A stretch of DNA of 64,000 nucleotides from the IMG/VR virus record IMGVR_UViG_3300030060_004544, positions 6,179 to 70,178 of that record. One strand, given 5' to 3'. Origin of the DNA: a virus. Position 1 is the stretch's first letter, and the number at the start of each line of letters is the position of its first letter. Under the pieces are notes generated by a model. It saw only the letters and a program-made list of their open reading frames with translations, had not been told where the DNA came from and made no database searches. Both the position numbers and the translations under genes were made by a program. Shown here in pieces: positions 1-10,299 of this stretch.

Positions 1-1
1 A

Positions 2-49
2 AGATTAGATTTTATCAAAGGACCGAAAGTAGTTAAGGAATTTAAATAG
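2..49 (+). CDS. 3' end of a gene truncated by the window edge
   Basis: Open frame ...RLDFIKGPKVVKEFK ending at TAG 47-49, just before the groEL leader. Confidence 0.5.
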   Translation, partial: RLDFIKGPKVVKEFK

Positions 50-70
50 GAATAAAATAAATTTAATTAA

Positions 71-1636
71 ATGGAATATAATCAACCTAGTTTGATCGTA
101 AAAGATCTTACATTTAGCAATGATGCTAAGTGGAGAATTATTGAAGGTGTAGAAAAACTGAACAACGCAGTTAAGTCTACACTTGGAGCTTCAGGAAAAT
201 GTGTCATCTATGAAGATGCATTAGGTAAACCGGTGATAACAAAAGACGGTGTAACAGTAGCTGAATCTGTTGTCTTATTTGACCCGGTTGAAAATATAGG
301 TGCAACACTTATAAAAGAAGCGGCGAATAACACTGTGAAAGAAGCAGGTGACGGTACCACTACGGCTACTGTCCTTGCTCATTCGCTTTTAAAAATAGCA
401 AGTGCTAGAGAATCTGATAACGTTAGAGAAATAAAGCAAGGTATTAAAACAGCTACAGACAAAGTAATGACATACTTAGATAAGGTAAGCATCGATGTAA
501 ATGATGACTTGCTTGAAAATGTAGCTACAATATCTACTAATAATGACGAAGAGCTTGGCAAGTTTATATCATCAGCATATAAACAAGTAGGTAAAGATGG
601 TGTAGTGTTAATGGAAGAGTCACCAACAGGAGAAACATATGTTGATGTTGTTGATGGTATACAAATAAAATCTCCGTTAAAATCACCACATCTTGTTACA
701 GATAAAGATAGAGGTGTTGCAGAGCTAGATAATCCTCTAGTATTAATCACATCGTCACCAATACCTAATATACGTAAAATACAACCTATATTAGAACACT
801 GTATAAAGAAAAACAGATCTTTACTTATAGTTGGTGAACTAGAGCAACAGCCTAAAGCAGCATTATTAACAAACAAGGTTAAAGGTAATATAAAGGTTAA
901 CTTTATTGACTTACCTGGCTTTGGTCCTACTAAACAGGATAGCACTGAAGATTTAGCCATAGTAACAGGTGCTAAAGTTATTAATGAAGAGCTTGGTGAT
1001 GACTTTGATCTTATTGATGTAGATTGTCTTGGTGAAGCAGTGAAAACTGTTACAGATGACAAACATACGGTGTTTACTGTAAATAAATCAGGTAAAACCC
1101 TTAAAGATCGTATAAAACAAGTAAAAGATATAATAGGTAAGGAAACTAAAAATCCTTACTTAAAAAAGAAACAACAAGAAAGATTAGCAATACTTAATGG
1201 ATCAGTGGGGATTGTGTTTGTAGGAGCTGATAGTAAGGTAGAACTAAAAGAAAAGAAAGACAGGATAGAAGATGCAATATATGCTACAAAAGCAGCTTTA
1301 CAAGAAGGCATCGTTCCTGGAGGTGGTATAGCGTTACTTAATGCTAGTAACAATATAACGCCTAAAAATGTTGGAGAAGAATTATTATTACAGGCAATAC
1401 AAACACCTTTCAATACAATACTAGATAACGCAGGTATTGAAAAACCTACTAAACTAGTCAAAGGTCAAGGTATAAACGTAGTAACCGGTAAAAAGGTTAA
1501 TATGATTAAGTCTGGAATTATCGATCCGGTTTTGGTTACAAAATCGGCGCTGAAAAACGCTGTATCAGTAGTTAGTACTATTATATCAGCTGATTGTGTA
1601 ATATCTAATATGAGGATAAATGAAAGCAATAAATAG
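71..1636 (+). CDS. groEL: Phage-encoded group I chaperonin (Cpn60)
   Basis: [35 protein letters not shown] and GIIDP motifs; 521 aa; no C-terminal GGM tail. Confidence 0.97.
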   Translation: MEYNQPSLIVKDLTFSNDAKWRIIEGVEKLNNAVKSTLGASGKCVIYEDALGKPVITKDGVTVAESVVLFDPVENIGATLIKEAANNTVKEAGDGTTTATVLAHSLLKIASARESDNVREIKQGIKTATDKVMTYLDKVSIDVNDDLLENVATISTNNDEELGKFISSAYKQVGKDGVVLMEESPTGETYVDVVDGIQIKSPLKSPHLVTDKDRGVAELDNPLVLITSSPIPNIRKIQPILEHCIKKNRSLLIVGELEQQPKAALLTNKVKGNIKVNFIDLPGFGPTKQDSTEDLAIVTGAKVINEELGDDFDLIDVDCLGEAVKTVTDDKHTVFTVNKSGKTLKDRIKQVKDIIGKETKNPYLKKKQQERLAILNGSVGIVFVGADSKVELKEKKDRIEDAIYATKAALQEGIVPGGGIALLNASNNITPKNVGEELLLQAIQTPFNTILDNAGIEKPTKLVKGQGINVVTGKKVNMIKSGIIDPVLVTKSALKNAVSVVSTIISADCVISNMRINESNK

Positions 1637-1877
1637 TTTTTTAGTAGTAGATAAAATAAAAGAAAAGCCTAAAGCCGAAAAGGGATTTGTTTTGAGTGAG
1701 TCTCAAAATGAAGACATTAGGTTCTTAAAAGGCAAGGTGATCAGTGTTGGTGATCAAATCAAAGGTATTAAAGAAAATAATATAGTTTGGTATGATAAAA
1801 ACGCTGGACACGGAATAGAATTTGATGGTAACTACTTCTATGTAATAAAGCACGGGGATGTAGTTATTGTTGAATAG
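1620..1877 (+). CDS. groES: Co-chaperonin Cpn10
   Basis: 85 aa; mobile-loop-like KGFVLS, GKVISVG, C-terminal DVV; overlaps the groEL end. Confidence 0.88.
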   Translation: MKAINSFLVVDKIKEKPKAEKGFVLSESQNEDIRFLKGKVISVGDQIKGIKENNIVWYDKNAGHGIEFDGNYFYVIKHGDVVIVE

Positions 1878-1940
1878 TTAACAATTACAATTTAATATAG
1901 TCGTGCTGAAATTATTGTTTAACCTTTAAAAATTATCAAA

Positions 1941-2270
1941 ATGGCAAAGTTACAAGAGAAATTTTTAATTTTCATCGACGCTGCTGATGATGCTGCAATG
2001 TATCCTTTAAGTAATCTTTTAGGTATTACTGTTGCTTCTGATGGCCAGTTGTTGTTGAAATTTAAATCTTCAGTCGGTGGAAGCACAGGAACTGAGCATG
2101 ATAGCGTTGCTTTGACAATTACTGCTGACACTGAAAAAGCTGTCATGCAATCAATTGCTAAAGCGTGCGGTGATGCTTATTCTGATGCTGCTATCGTTAT
2201 TGCTGATGATGTAAACTCTGTTTACGTTAATAGTAATATTACTGCATGTGCAATCACACTTGATTCATAA
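1941..2270 (+). CDS. Hypothetical acidic protein, possibly a virion component
   Basis: 109-aa ORF with A-rich leader; TAATG coupling to next gene. Confidence 0.7.
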   Translation: MAKLQEKFLIFIDAADDAAMYPLSNLLGITVASDGQLLLKFKSSVGGSTGTEHDSVALTITADTEKAVMQSIAKACGDAYSDAAIVIADDVNSVYVNSNITACAITLDS

Positions 2271-2710
2271 TGCGAATAGACGCACAAGATTTGCGTGAAA
2301 TGAAACTGTTTAAGTATTACAGGCTCGTTAGAAAATGGGCCTGTAAAACTTACGGTTTAACAGACGCGGACCTTGAACTTTTGATATATTTAGACTGTAA
2401 AGACAGATTTACACGACAAGAGTTTATCGATGGCGTATATACAATGTCATGGGATAAACAGCGATGGGAACGATTACGATCACAAGGTTGGATCGAAGTA
2501 TGGAGACATCGCAACCGCACTTCAATTAAATTTTCTATTTTTAAAACTTCATTTAAATGTTCGCAATTAATAAGCAGAATATACCGCATACTATTAGGTG
2601 AGGAAGATTTACCAACTAGTGAGCGAAGTATATTTTTTAACAACAAATCATACACCGATAAAGTATTTAATAAAGCTATTGATGATATGATTAAAGATAT
2701 AGATCGATAA
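2270..2710 (+). CDS. Hypothetical protein, possible winged-helix DNA-binding fold
   Basis: GLTDADLELLIYL...RLRSQGWIEVW resembles a MarR-like wHTH. Confidence 0.55.
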   Translation: MRIDAQDLREMKLFKYYRLVRKWACKTYGLTDADLELLIYLDCKDRFTRQEFIDGVYTMSWDKQRWERLRSQGWIEVWRHRNRTSIKFSIFKTSFKCSQLISRIYRILLGEEDLPTSERSIFFNNKSYTDKVFNKAIDDMIKDIDR

Positions 2711-2728
2711 CAATTAAAATAAAAAATT

Positions 2729-3091
2729 ATGCCAGGAAAACACTACGATAATATGAAGCCTGAAAAAAGAGGGCCATATCTTATGAAACCAGGAGAAAAC
2801 AGTATGCCATCAAAGTTTGAAAAAGTAAACTTTAGAGATTCTGATTTAAAGAAAGCTGAAGGATTTCCAAACATGTATCCACAAAATTTTAACGCAGCTA
2901 GAGTTGCCGCTGTAAAAGCAGGTAAAGACTCTTTTAATGTAGGTGGTAAAGAATTTAAGGTAACTAGCAAAGCTGGTGCTGAAATGCATCATGCTGGACT
3001 GTATAAACCAGAAATGAAGCCTATGAAGTTTGCATCTGATGCACAAAGAAGAGCTGCATTTGCTAGTGGATACAAAGCCAAGGGTAAATAA
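2729..3091 (+). CDS. Hypothetical Lys/Pro/Met-rich protein
   Basis: 120-aa ORF with AAAAATTATG leader. Confidence 0.65.
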   Translation: MPGKHYDNMKPEKRGPYLMKPGENSMPSKFEKVNFRDSDLKKAEGFPNMYPQNFNAARVAAVKAGKDSFNVGGKEFKVTSKAGAEMHHAGLYKPEMKPMKFASDAQRRAAFASGYKAKGK

Positions 3092-3096
3092 AAATA

Positions 3097-3261
3097 ATGG
3101 CTAAAGCCTACCGTGGAGTACTAAAAGCTCGTATAAACAAATTATACGGAGGCGATGTAACCTGTGGTAAAGTTAAAAAGCTAAAGTCACGTAAAGGCGC
3201 GACTAAAAGAGATGTACAACTAGCAAATTGGTTTATCAATATGCACGACTGTAAAATATAA
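3097..3261 (+). CDS. Small basic hypothetical protein (54 aa, not in ORF track)
   Basis: MAKAYRGVLKARINKLYGGDVTCGKVKKLKSRKGATKRDVQLANWFINMHDCKI; fills the gap and is TAATG-coupled to the next ORF. Confidence 0.7.
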   Translation: MAKAYRGVLKARINKLYGGDVTCGKVKKLKSRKGATKRDVQLANWFINMHDCKI

Positions 3262-4274
3262 TGGGAATATTTAGCACTAAAAACAAATTTAAAATGGACG
3301 CGCTCAGAATAAAAGAGCGAGGTACCAAAGACACGCCAACTAACTTTTCAGAAAAAGCTGTAGCTTTTATGAAAGGTATGCCTGGTTATTATCCTCAAAT
3401 GCACGAAACAGATGCTGAAGGAAATAAAAAAATCCACGAAGACGATATAACAAATATAAAAGTTGTAGAAGGCGAAGGTGGTAGAAAACTTTATGGTGAA
3501 ATACTTGGTGATAAAAAGTTTGTTGGAGAAAAATCTGAAGATGTTTATGATGCTCTACAAAAAGAAATAGACTCTGGTTTTGCAGCAGAAAAAGGTTTTA
3601 AAGGCACTGATGTAAAAGAGTATGAAAAGTTCAAGCTTGATAAAATGGAAGGTAAAGATATTGAGCAAGAAAAAATAGAGGTTGAAAAAGAAATAAAGGA
3701 CGATACATTAGGTGGTACTAAAAAAGAAATTAAAGAAGTTGAAAGAAAAGAAAACTTCTTTGAAGGATTTGAAAACCAGTTTGAAATAGATGGTTCAAGA
3801 GGTGAAAATAAAGTATTATCAATACCTGTTGACTTTTCCGGTGGTAAATTAGATTTTAAAAGCGGTAAGACCATGAGATACTTACAAAGTAAAGATGGTC
3901 AAAAAATAGTAAGAGGTATGTCTGATATGTTAGGTAATATACAAAATGTTGTAAAAGAAAAGATACTAAGTAACATGTCAGATAGAGATAAAAAGATATT
4001 GGAATATTTTCCTGAAAGACTTAACGGTAGAGTTGAAAATGCTTTAAATAGTATTTTTGATGTAGGTCCTAATGATTCTAGAGCTTATGGTATAGCTAAT
4101 CCTTTATTTGCTATTATTGATACATATGCTAATAAACCTGAAAAACTTCAACAAATATTAGGTTCTCTTGGTTTAACACAAGAAGCAGGCACGGTTACAG
4201 AGCAACAAGAAGTTGAAACATCTACTGCTGGCACAGAGGGTTATGAAACTAACTGGAGACAAAGAAGAGACTAA
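3261..4274 (+). CDS. Hypothetical charged protein
   Basis: 337-aa ORF with TAATG overlaps at both ends. Confidence 0.7.
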   Translation: MGIFSTKNKFKMDALRIKERGTKDTPTNFSEKAVAFMKGMPGYYPQMHETDAEGNKKIHEDDITNIKVVEGEGGRKLYGEILGDKKFVGEKSEDVYDALQKEIDSGFAAEKGFKGTDVKEYEKFKLDKMEGKDIEQEKIEVEKEIKDDTLGGTKKEIKEVERKENFFEGFENQFEIDGSRGENKVLSIPVDFSGGKLDFKSGKTMRYLQSKDGQKIVRGMSDMLGNIQNVVKEKILSNMSDRDKKILEYFPERLNGRVENALNSIFDVGPNDSRAYGIANPLFAIIDTYANKPEKLQQILGSLGLTQEAGTVTEQQEVETSTAGTEGYETNWRQRRD

Positions 4275-4672
4275 TGAGCAAAATATTATCAAAAATCTTT
4301 GGTGACGCAGGTGGTAATGTTGTAGACAAGCTAGCTGGCGTTGCTGATAGATTCATAAGAACAAAAGACGAGAAAGCAAATTTTGAAAAAGAAATGACTC
4401 AGATATTTATTGAAGCTGAGTCTCAAATGCAAAAAAATGTCACCGAAAGGTGGAAAGCAGATTTAGAGCACGGAAACTGGTTAACGCGTTCAGTTCGTCC
4501 TCTCGTACTAGTATTCCTAATAGTGGCGACCGTGCTCATGGTATTTATAGATAGTGGATCTTTAGCATTTAACGTAGAAGAAAAGTGGACAGATTTACTT
4601 CAAATAATCTTGATCACCGTCATCGGATCCTATTTCGGCGGACGTAGTATCGAAAAAATAAGAAAAAAATAA
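4274..4672 (+). CDS. Holin, 3TM/GTA-holin-like
   Basis: RWKAD...WLTRSVRP followed by two hydrophobic helices and YFGGRSIEK basic tail. Confidence 0.75.
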   Translation: MSKILSKIFGDAGGNVVDKLAGVADRFIRTKDEKANFEKEMTQIFIEAESQMQKNVTERWKADLEHGNWLTRSVRPLVLVFLIVATVLMVFIDSGSLAFNVEEKWTDLLQIILITVIGSYFGGRSIEKIRKK

Positions 4673-4673
4673 T

Positions 4674-5021
4674 ATGCCTAAAATTAGTAAAATACAAGTA
4701 GACACTACCATCAATGATGGAGACAAGGTTTTAGGTTCTGATTCGTCAGGAGCAACTAGAAATTATACTTTAAAGCAAATAGCTGATTTCGTAGTTGAAT
4801 CAGGAGGATCACATAAACATCATCAAAACACAGACAGTGATACATGGACAATAGATCACGGTTTAGAGTTAGATGGTTATATACCAAGTGTCACCGTTAG
4901 ATTAGATGACGGAACACATGCTGATGTAGGAGCTTTTGGACAAGTAAAATACATCACTAAAAATCAATTAAAAATTTTCTTTGCAGCTAGTTATTCTGGC
5001 TTCGCATACATTAATAAATAA
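4674..5021 (+). CDS. Putative virion/tail-fibre accessory protein
   Basis: TWTIDHGL...PSVTV module typical of phage fibre adaptors. Confidence 0.55.
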   Translation: MPKISKIQVDTTINDGDKVLGSDSSGATRNYTLKQIADFVVESGGSHKHHQNTDSDTWTIDHGLELDGYIPSVTVRLDDGTHADVGAFGQVKYITKNQLKIFFAASYSGFAYINK

Positions 5022-5037
5022 AAACAAATAAAAAACT

Positions 5038-6918
5038 ATGGCAATACCTATTTTAAATCATTTAAACGTTAAAGGTAATATAAACCTTAACGATTATAAG
5101 CTTAACGATTTTGTCGTAGATCATTCTACCGAGGGCGATGCCGGTAATACTACAGGGAAGCTGATCTACGATTCAGGAACGTTAAAGTATTACGATGGCT
5201 CCGCGTGGCAGTCATTAGGAACTTCTTCAGGAACAATGAGTTCTTTTCAGTTAGAAGATGGAGATGGAGATGAAGTTACAATCTCAGACGCAAAAGAAGT
5301 TAAATTTATAGACGGTGCAGGTTTAAATATAAACTGGACAGACACATCTCATGGTACAGACGGTGATCCTTATGATCTTACATTTGAAATTGCATTATCT
5401 ACTAGTGACTTTACTAAACCCGCACCAGCTGATGGTGATGTGCTTTTAACATTAGACAGTGATGGATCAACCACTCAATTTACAGGTGTAGCAGAGCTTG
5501 CAACTTTATTTGCAGGAACTGGCTTAACAGCAACAAGCGGTGTTATCGCGGTTGACACGCTTAACCAAGATACTACTGGTACAGCTGCTAACGCAACAAA
5601 TGCTGCTCATGTAAGAGTTACTGATAATGAAAATACAGATGAAAATAATTTAATCACATTTGTTGAAGACGCAACAAGCTCTACTGGTGATGTAGGTCTT
5701 GAAATGGATGGTGATTTCCATTATAATCCTAGCTCTGGTACTGTAACCGCTACAATATTTAAAGGTAATATAGATGCTGTTGATGGTGATTTTGATGGAA
5801 CGTTAGAAGCAGATGCTTTAACAATTGGAGGCGTTGCAATAGCAGAATTTATACAAGATACTGTTGGAGCAATGTTTACTAGTAATACAGAAACAAGAAT
5901 TTCAGCAACCTATGAAGATGATGATGGAACTATAGATCTTGTTGTAGATGATATGACAGCTAACGATGATGTAGATGTTAATATTGCTAACTTAACAGCT
6001 AGACTTCCTCAAATTACAGAAAGTGTTACAATTGGTGATGCGACAGATGTTACTGTAACAACATCAGGTAACTTAGTTGTAACTGGTGATTTAACTGTAT
6101 CAGGTGATACTGTTTCAGCTAACGTAGCAACTTTAGATGTTGAAGATAAAAATATAACATTAAACAAATCAGGTGGCGATTCTAGCTCAACAGCAGACGG
6201 CGCAGGTATTACTATTCAAGATGCGGTAGATGCTTCAAATGACGCTACGTTATTATGGAACGCATCAAATGATAAATTTGTATTTTCACATTTAATAGAA
6301 GCACCAGGAACATCTATATTTTCTGCTCTTGATGTATCCGGTAATGTTGATATTGACGGAACAACTAATCTTGACGCTGTTGATATTGATGGTAATGTAC
6401 AATTAGACGGAACATTAAGCGTTGGTGTTGATGACACGGGTTATGATGTTAAATTCTTTGGCGCTACAGCTAGTAAGTACATGTTATGGGATGCTAGTGC
6501 GGATACTTTAATATTAACTGGAGAATTAGATGCCGGTTCATTAGATATTTCTGGTAACGCAGATATTGATGGTACATTAGAAGCTGATGCGATTACTGTC
6601 GATGGAACAGCACTTGATACGGTTATTGATAACAGAATTAAGGTTGTACAAAAAACTGCAACTATAGACGTTAGTTCGTTAACAAGTAACGTAAATAAAT
6701 GTAGCATTACTCACAGTATGAACTCAACTAACTTAATTATTAAGTTGTACGATAGCGTTACATTTTTAGATGTCTTCGCAGATGTTGATAGACTTAGTGT
6801 AAATCAAATACAAGTTGTTTTCTCTCATCAACCTAGTAACGACATTATAGTTGTTATTCAGGAAATAATTGGAGACAATATTGCCGCGGGATCAAATATT
6901 ACATACCCTGGCTCTTAA
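5038..6918 (+). CDS. Putative tail fibre / virion fibre protein, strongly acidic
   Basis: 626 aa, D/T/G-rich; GNLVVTGDLTVSG and VEDKNITLN fibre motifs; internal repeats DGTLEADA x2 and LD(V/I)SGNxDIDGT x2. Confidence 0.75.
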   Translation: MAIPILNHLNVKGNINLNDYKLNDFVVDHSTEGDAGNTTGKLIYDSGTLKYYDGSAWQSLGTSSGTMSSFQLEDGDGDEVTISDAKEVKFIDGAGLNINWTDTSHGTDGDPYDLTFEIALSTSDFTKPAPADGDVLLTLDSDGSTTQFTGVAELATLFAGTGLTATSGVIAVDTLNQDTTGTAANATNAAHVRVTDNENTDENNLITFVEDATSSTGDVGLEMDGDFHYNPSSGTVTATIFKGNIDAVDGDFDGTLEADALTIGGVAIAEFIQDTVGAMFTSNTETRISATYEDDDGTIDLVVDDMTANDDVDVNIANLTARLPQITESVTIGDATDVTVTTSGNLVVTGDLTVSGDTVSANVATLDVEDKNITLNKSGGDSSSTADGAGITIQDAVDASNDATLLWNASNDKFVFSHLIEAPGTSIFSALDVSGNVDIDGTTNLDAVDIDGNVQLDGTLSVGVDDTGYDVKFFGATASKYMLWDASADTLILTGELDAGSLDISGNADIDGTLEADAITVDGTALDTVIDNRIKVVQKTATIDVSSLTSNVNKCSITHSMNSTNLIIKLYDSVTFLDVFADVDRLSVNQIQVVFSHQPSNDIIVVIQEIIGDNIAAGSNITYPGS

Positions 6919-6932
6919 TAAATAATCAAATA

Positions 6933-6970
6933 AATATAGACGGTGCTACGGTACCGTCTGTATTATTTTA
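6933..6970 (+). terminator. Stem-loop with cUACGg tetraloop, probable intrinsic terminator
   Basis: AATATAGACGGTGC-TACG-GTACCGTCTGTATT followed by ATTTT, just after the fibre gene. Confidence 0.7.
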
Positions 6971-6980
6971 AATAAAATAT

Positions 6981-7382
6981 ATGGCAATACAGTTTTTGCA
7001 AGACACACTTATAAACGGTCATTTTAGTTTCCAGGAATCTGCATTTACAAGTGTAGTAGCTAGTGGTAATACACATACTGTAGACTTAACCGCAGACACT
7101 AATAACTATAAGGTAATTGCAAATAATGCAACAAACACCTTGGCTTTTAGTAATTTAAGCGATAAAGTTATTGGTAAAACAGGCTCTATAGCTATCCAAA
7201 ATCCAGCTAGTGTAGGATCTTTAGGTTGGGCAGCTTTACCCGCTACAGCTTATACTCCAGGTGGTGTAGCTATATCATTTGACACAAGTTCAAACGGCAT
7301 AGCTGTTATTTCTTACCTTGTAATGTCAGCAAATAAAGTATTAATAAACTATGTAGGAGACTTTGGTAGTTATCCTCAGTAA
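6981..7382 (+). CDS. Small beta-rich virion protein, candidate anchor for the Thr-rich filament
   Basis: 133 aa; VDL...N...TLAFSN...GKTGSIAI...W pattern of phage fibre adaptor domains; 11 nt upstream of zipper gene A. Confidence 0.55.
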   Translation: MAIQFLQDTLINGHFSFQESAFTSVVASGNTHTVDLTADTNNYKVIANNATNTLAFSNLSDKVIGKTGSIAIQNPASVGSLGWAALPATAYTPGGVAISFDTSSNGIAVISYLVMSANKVLINYVGDFGSYPQ

Positions 7383-7393
7383 AATCTAATTTA

Positions 7394-10288
7394 ATGAAGT
7401 GGTTATGGAATAAAATAGATTTCTGGAATACCGCGACTAGCAGAAGCACAACAGTTAGTACTTCTAAATCGACGGCTACAAGCAAATCCACAACTACTAC
7501 TTTTAACACAAGTAAGAGTACTACAACGGTATATAATACAAGTACTAATACTACAACTACTTTCAATACTAGTAAAAGTACAAGTACTGTTTTTAATACT
7601 AGTACTACAACTACTTTTGAAACTTCTAGGGAAACTACTGTATCAACCAGTAGATCAACTAGCACAGAGTTTAATACTAGCACATCTACAACTACAACCT
7701 TTGAAACTAGTAAGTCAACCACGACTACTTTCAATACTAGCACAACTACAACATTTGAAACATCTAGGCAGACAACAGTCTCTACTAGCAGATCAACTAC
7801 AACTACATTTAACACAAGTAAGTCTACAACCACTACTTTTGAAACTAGCAAGAGTACTACTACAACCTTTAATACAAGTACAACAACAACTTTTAATACT
7901 AGCAGGGAAACTACAATATCAACAAGTAGAACTACTCAAACTGCATATAACACTAGTAAAAGTACAACTACTATTTACGAAACTAGCAAAAGTACTACTA
8001 CTACATTTAACACTAGTACTACTACCACTTTTGAAACTAGTAGGGATACTACTGTGTCAACTAGTAGAAGTACAACAACAACTTTCAATACTACAAAAAG
8101 TACTACCACTACTTTTAATACAACAAAAAGTACTAGTACAGTATTCAATACAAGTACTACAACGACTTTTAATACAAGTAGAGAAACTACTATAAGTACA
8201 TCAAGATCAACTCAGACTACGTTTGCTACTAGCAAGTCTACATCTACTGTTTTCAATACTAGCACAACCACTACGTTTAATACAAGTAGAGAAACAACTA
8301 TAAGTACGTCTAGAAACACTACTACAACGTTCAACACTAGTAAATCTACATCTACAGTATTTAATACTAGCACGACTACTACTTTTGAAACAAGCAAACA
8401 AACAACTGTTTCAACTAGTAGAAGTACTACTACCACATTTAATACTAGCAAGAACACAACTACTACTTACAACACGACAAAGTCTACTAGTACGGTTTTT
8501 AACACAAGTACCACTACCACTTTCAACACTAGTAGAGAGACTACTATATCTACATCTAGATCTACAACGACTACGTTTAATACTAGTAAAAACACTACAA
8601 CGACTTTCAATACAACAAAGTCAACTAGCACTGTGTTTAATACTAGTACTGTTACAACGTTTAACACAACTAGAGAAACTACAGTATCAACTAGTAGAAA
8701 CACTACAACAACCTTTAATACAAGTAAAAATACGACAACTACGTTTAATACTACTAAGTCTACAAACACTGTATTTAACACGTCTACTACAACAACATAC
8801 AATACCACTAGAGAAACAACTATTTCAACTAGTAGAAACACAACAACAGTATACAATACTACTAAGTCTACGACCACAACGTTTAATACTACTAAAACAA
8901 CTAATACTGTATTTAACACAACAACTTTAACTACGTTTAGTACAACTACAACATATAATACAAGTAAATCAACTGCAACTAGCAGAAACACTACTGTATC
9001 TACTACTAGAACTACTGAAACCGCGTACAATACTACTAGAACTACACAAACTACTTTTAATACTTCAACAAGTACATCAACAAGTAGAGAAACTACTATA
9101 AGCACTAGTAGAAGCACCAACACTGTTTTTAACACAACTACACTGACAACATTTGGCACGCAAACAACTTTTAGCACTTCTAAGTCAACTCTTACTGTTT
9201 TTAATACTACTACTTTAACCACGTTTAATACAACAACGACTTTCAATACCACTAGGTCTACGAACACTGTATTTAACACCACTACTTTAACTACGTTTAA
9301 CACGGTAACAACTTTTAATACTACTAGAGATACTACTACGATATTTAGCACAACAACGTTAACCACGTTTGATACCACAACAACATTTTCTACTAGTACA
9401 CTAACAGAAACAATTTACAACACTAGTACTACTACTACCACTACAACAACGTTTAACACCAGTAGAAACACATCGGAAAGTAGAACTACAAGTACTACAA
9501 CAACATTTTCTACAACGACAGTTTTTAACACAACTAGAACTACTAACGTTAATTATGTTGTATGGGATGTGCAACAAGGAGATAGTAGTACTCTTGGTGC
9601 AGGTTATATATACAAACAAAACATATCACCTACTGGTGGAAGTAACATTGCTGCAAGTGAGGTTAGATTTAATAACCAACTTCCTGAAAATGCTAGTAAA
9701 GTATATATACATGAAGAAGATGATACAGGTTATAACCTTTATAACGCGTTTTCAAATGTAATGAATTTTGTTAACGCTGGTGGTGGAAATTATGCTAGAT
9801 TTCTTATAGCTGCTGACGTACTTCAAAAAGCTATTTCTTTTAAAGTTACCGGTGGATCATATAATTCTACTTTAGATTATTTTGAATTTGATCTAGCTGA
9901 AAACATATTTGTTGACACAGTTAAGTGTCCAGGTTATAACACATTTGTCTTAGAAGCAGGTGATACAAAATTAGAAGTATGGATGTGGAGAAGTGATGGT
10001 GCTGGTGGATACAGTACAACTACTACAACTACGTTTAGCACAAGTACGTTAACAACATTTAACACTGTAACAGTATATAACACTAGTAAAAGTACACAAA
10101 CAACGTTTAGTACATCTAAATCTACATCAACAAATAGAAATACTTCAGAAAGTAGAAGTACAACTACAACTTTTAATACTCTAAGATCAACCATAACACA
10201 ATACAATGCGTTTACTTTATACAATACATTTAGATCAACATTTACATCAGGCGGCGGTGGAGGCGGCTGTAGTAGAGGTTGTATATAA
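7394..10288 (+). CDS. Thr/Ser-rich repeat protein A (putative beta-zipper filament chain with an inserted globular domain)
   Basis: 964 aa: Trp-rich N-terminus, about 700 aa of TSKSTTTTFN/TSTTTTFN/TSRETTVS units, about 155-aa non-repetitive domain (9548-10012), second Thr-rich tract, ends GGGGGGCSRGCI. Confidence 0.85.
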   Translation: MKWLWNKIDFWNTATSRSTTVSTSKSTATSKSTTTTFNTSKSTTTVYNTSTNTTTTFNTSKSTSTVFNTSTTTTFETSRETTVSTSRSTSTEFNTSTSTTTTFETSKSTTTTFNTSTTTTFETSRQTTVSTSRSTTTTFNTSKSTTTTFETSKSTTTTFNTSTTTTFNTSRETTISTSRTTQTAYNTSKSTTTIYETSKSTTTTFNTSTTTTFETSRDTTVSTSRSTTTTFNTTKSTTTTFNTTKSTSTVFNTSTTTTFNTSRETTISTSRSTQTTFATSKSTSTVFNTSTTTTFNTSRETTISTSRNTTTTFNTSKSTSTVFNTSTTTTFETSKQTTVSTSRSTTTTFNTSKNTTTTYNTTKSTSTVFNTSTTTTFNTSRETTISTSRSTTTTFNTSKNTTTTFNTTKSTSTVFNTSTVTTFNTTRETTVSTSRNTTTTFNTSKNTTTTFNTTKSTNTVFNTSTTTTYNTTRETTISTSRNTTTVYNTTKSTTTTFNTTKTTNTVFNTTTLTTFSTTTTYNTSKSTATSRNTTVSTTRTTETAYNTTRTTQTTFNTSTSTSTSRETTISTSRSTNTVFNTTTLTTFGTQTTFSTSKSTLTVFNTTTLTTFNTTTTFNTTRSTNTVFNTTTLTTFNTVTTFNTTRDTTTIFSTTTLTTFDTTTTFSTSTLTETIYNTSTTTTTTTTFNTSRNTSESRTTSTTTTFSTTTVFNTTRTTNVNYVVWDVQQGDSSTLGAGYIYKQNISPTGGSNIAASEVRFNNQLPENASKVYIHEEDDTGYNLYNAFSNVMNFVNAGGGNYARFLIAADVLQKAISFKVTGGSYNSTLDYFEFDLAENIFVDTVKCPGYNTFVLEAGDTKLEVWMWRSDGAGGYSTTTTTTFSTSTLTTFNTVTVYNTSKSTQTTFSTSKSTSTNRNTSESRSTTTTFNTLRSTITQYNAFTLYNTFRSTFTSGGGGGGCSRGCI
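7436..9529 (+). repeat. Coding tandem repeat array of 80 even-length peptide units (46-aa and 36-aa super-repeats)
   Basis: 10-mer blocks occur in order 4,3,3,3,3,2,2,3,3,3,3 separated by 8+8 units; synonymous codons are diversified. Confidence 0.9.
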
Positions 10289-10299
10289 AATTAAATAAT

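Noticed and set aside
379-3874. Antisense ORFs over groEL and neighbours, and similar short opposite-strand ORFs elsewhere
   Set aside because: Fully overlap well-supported genes, have biased composition and no motifs
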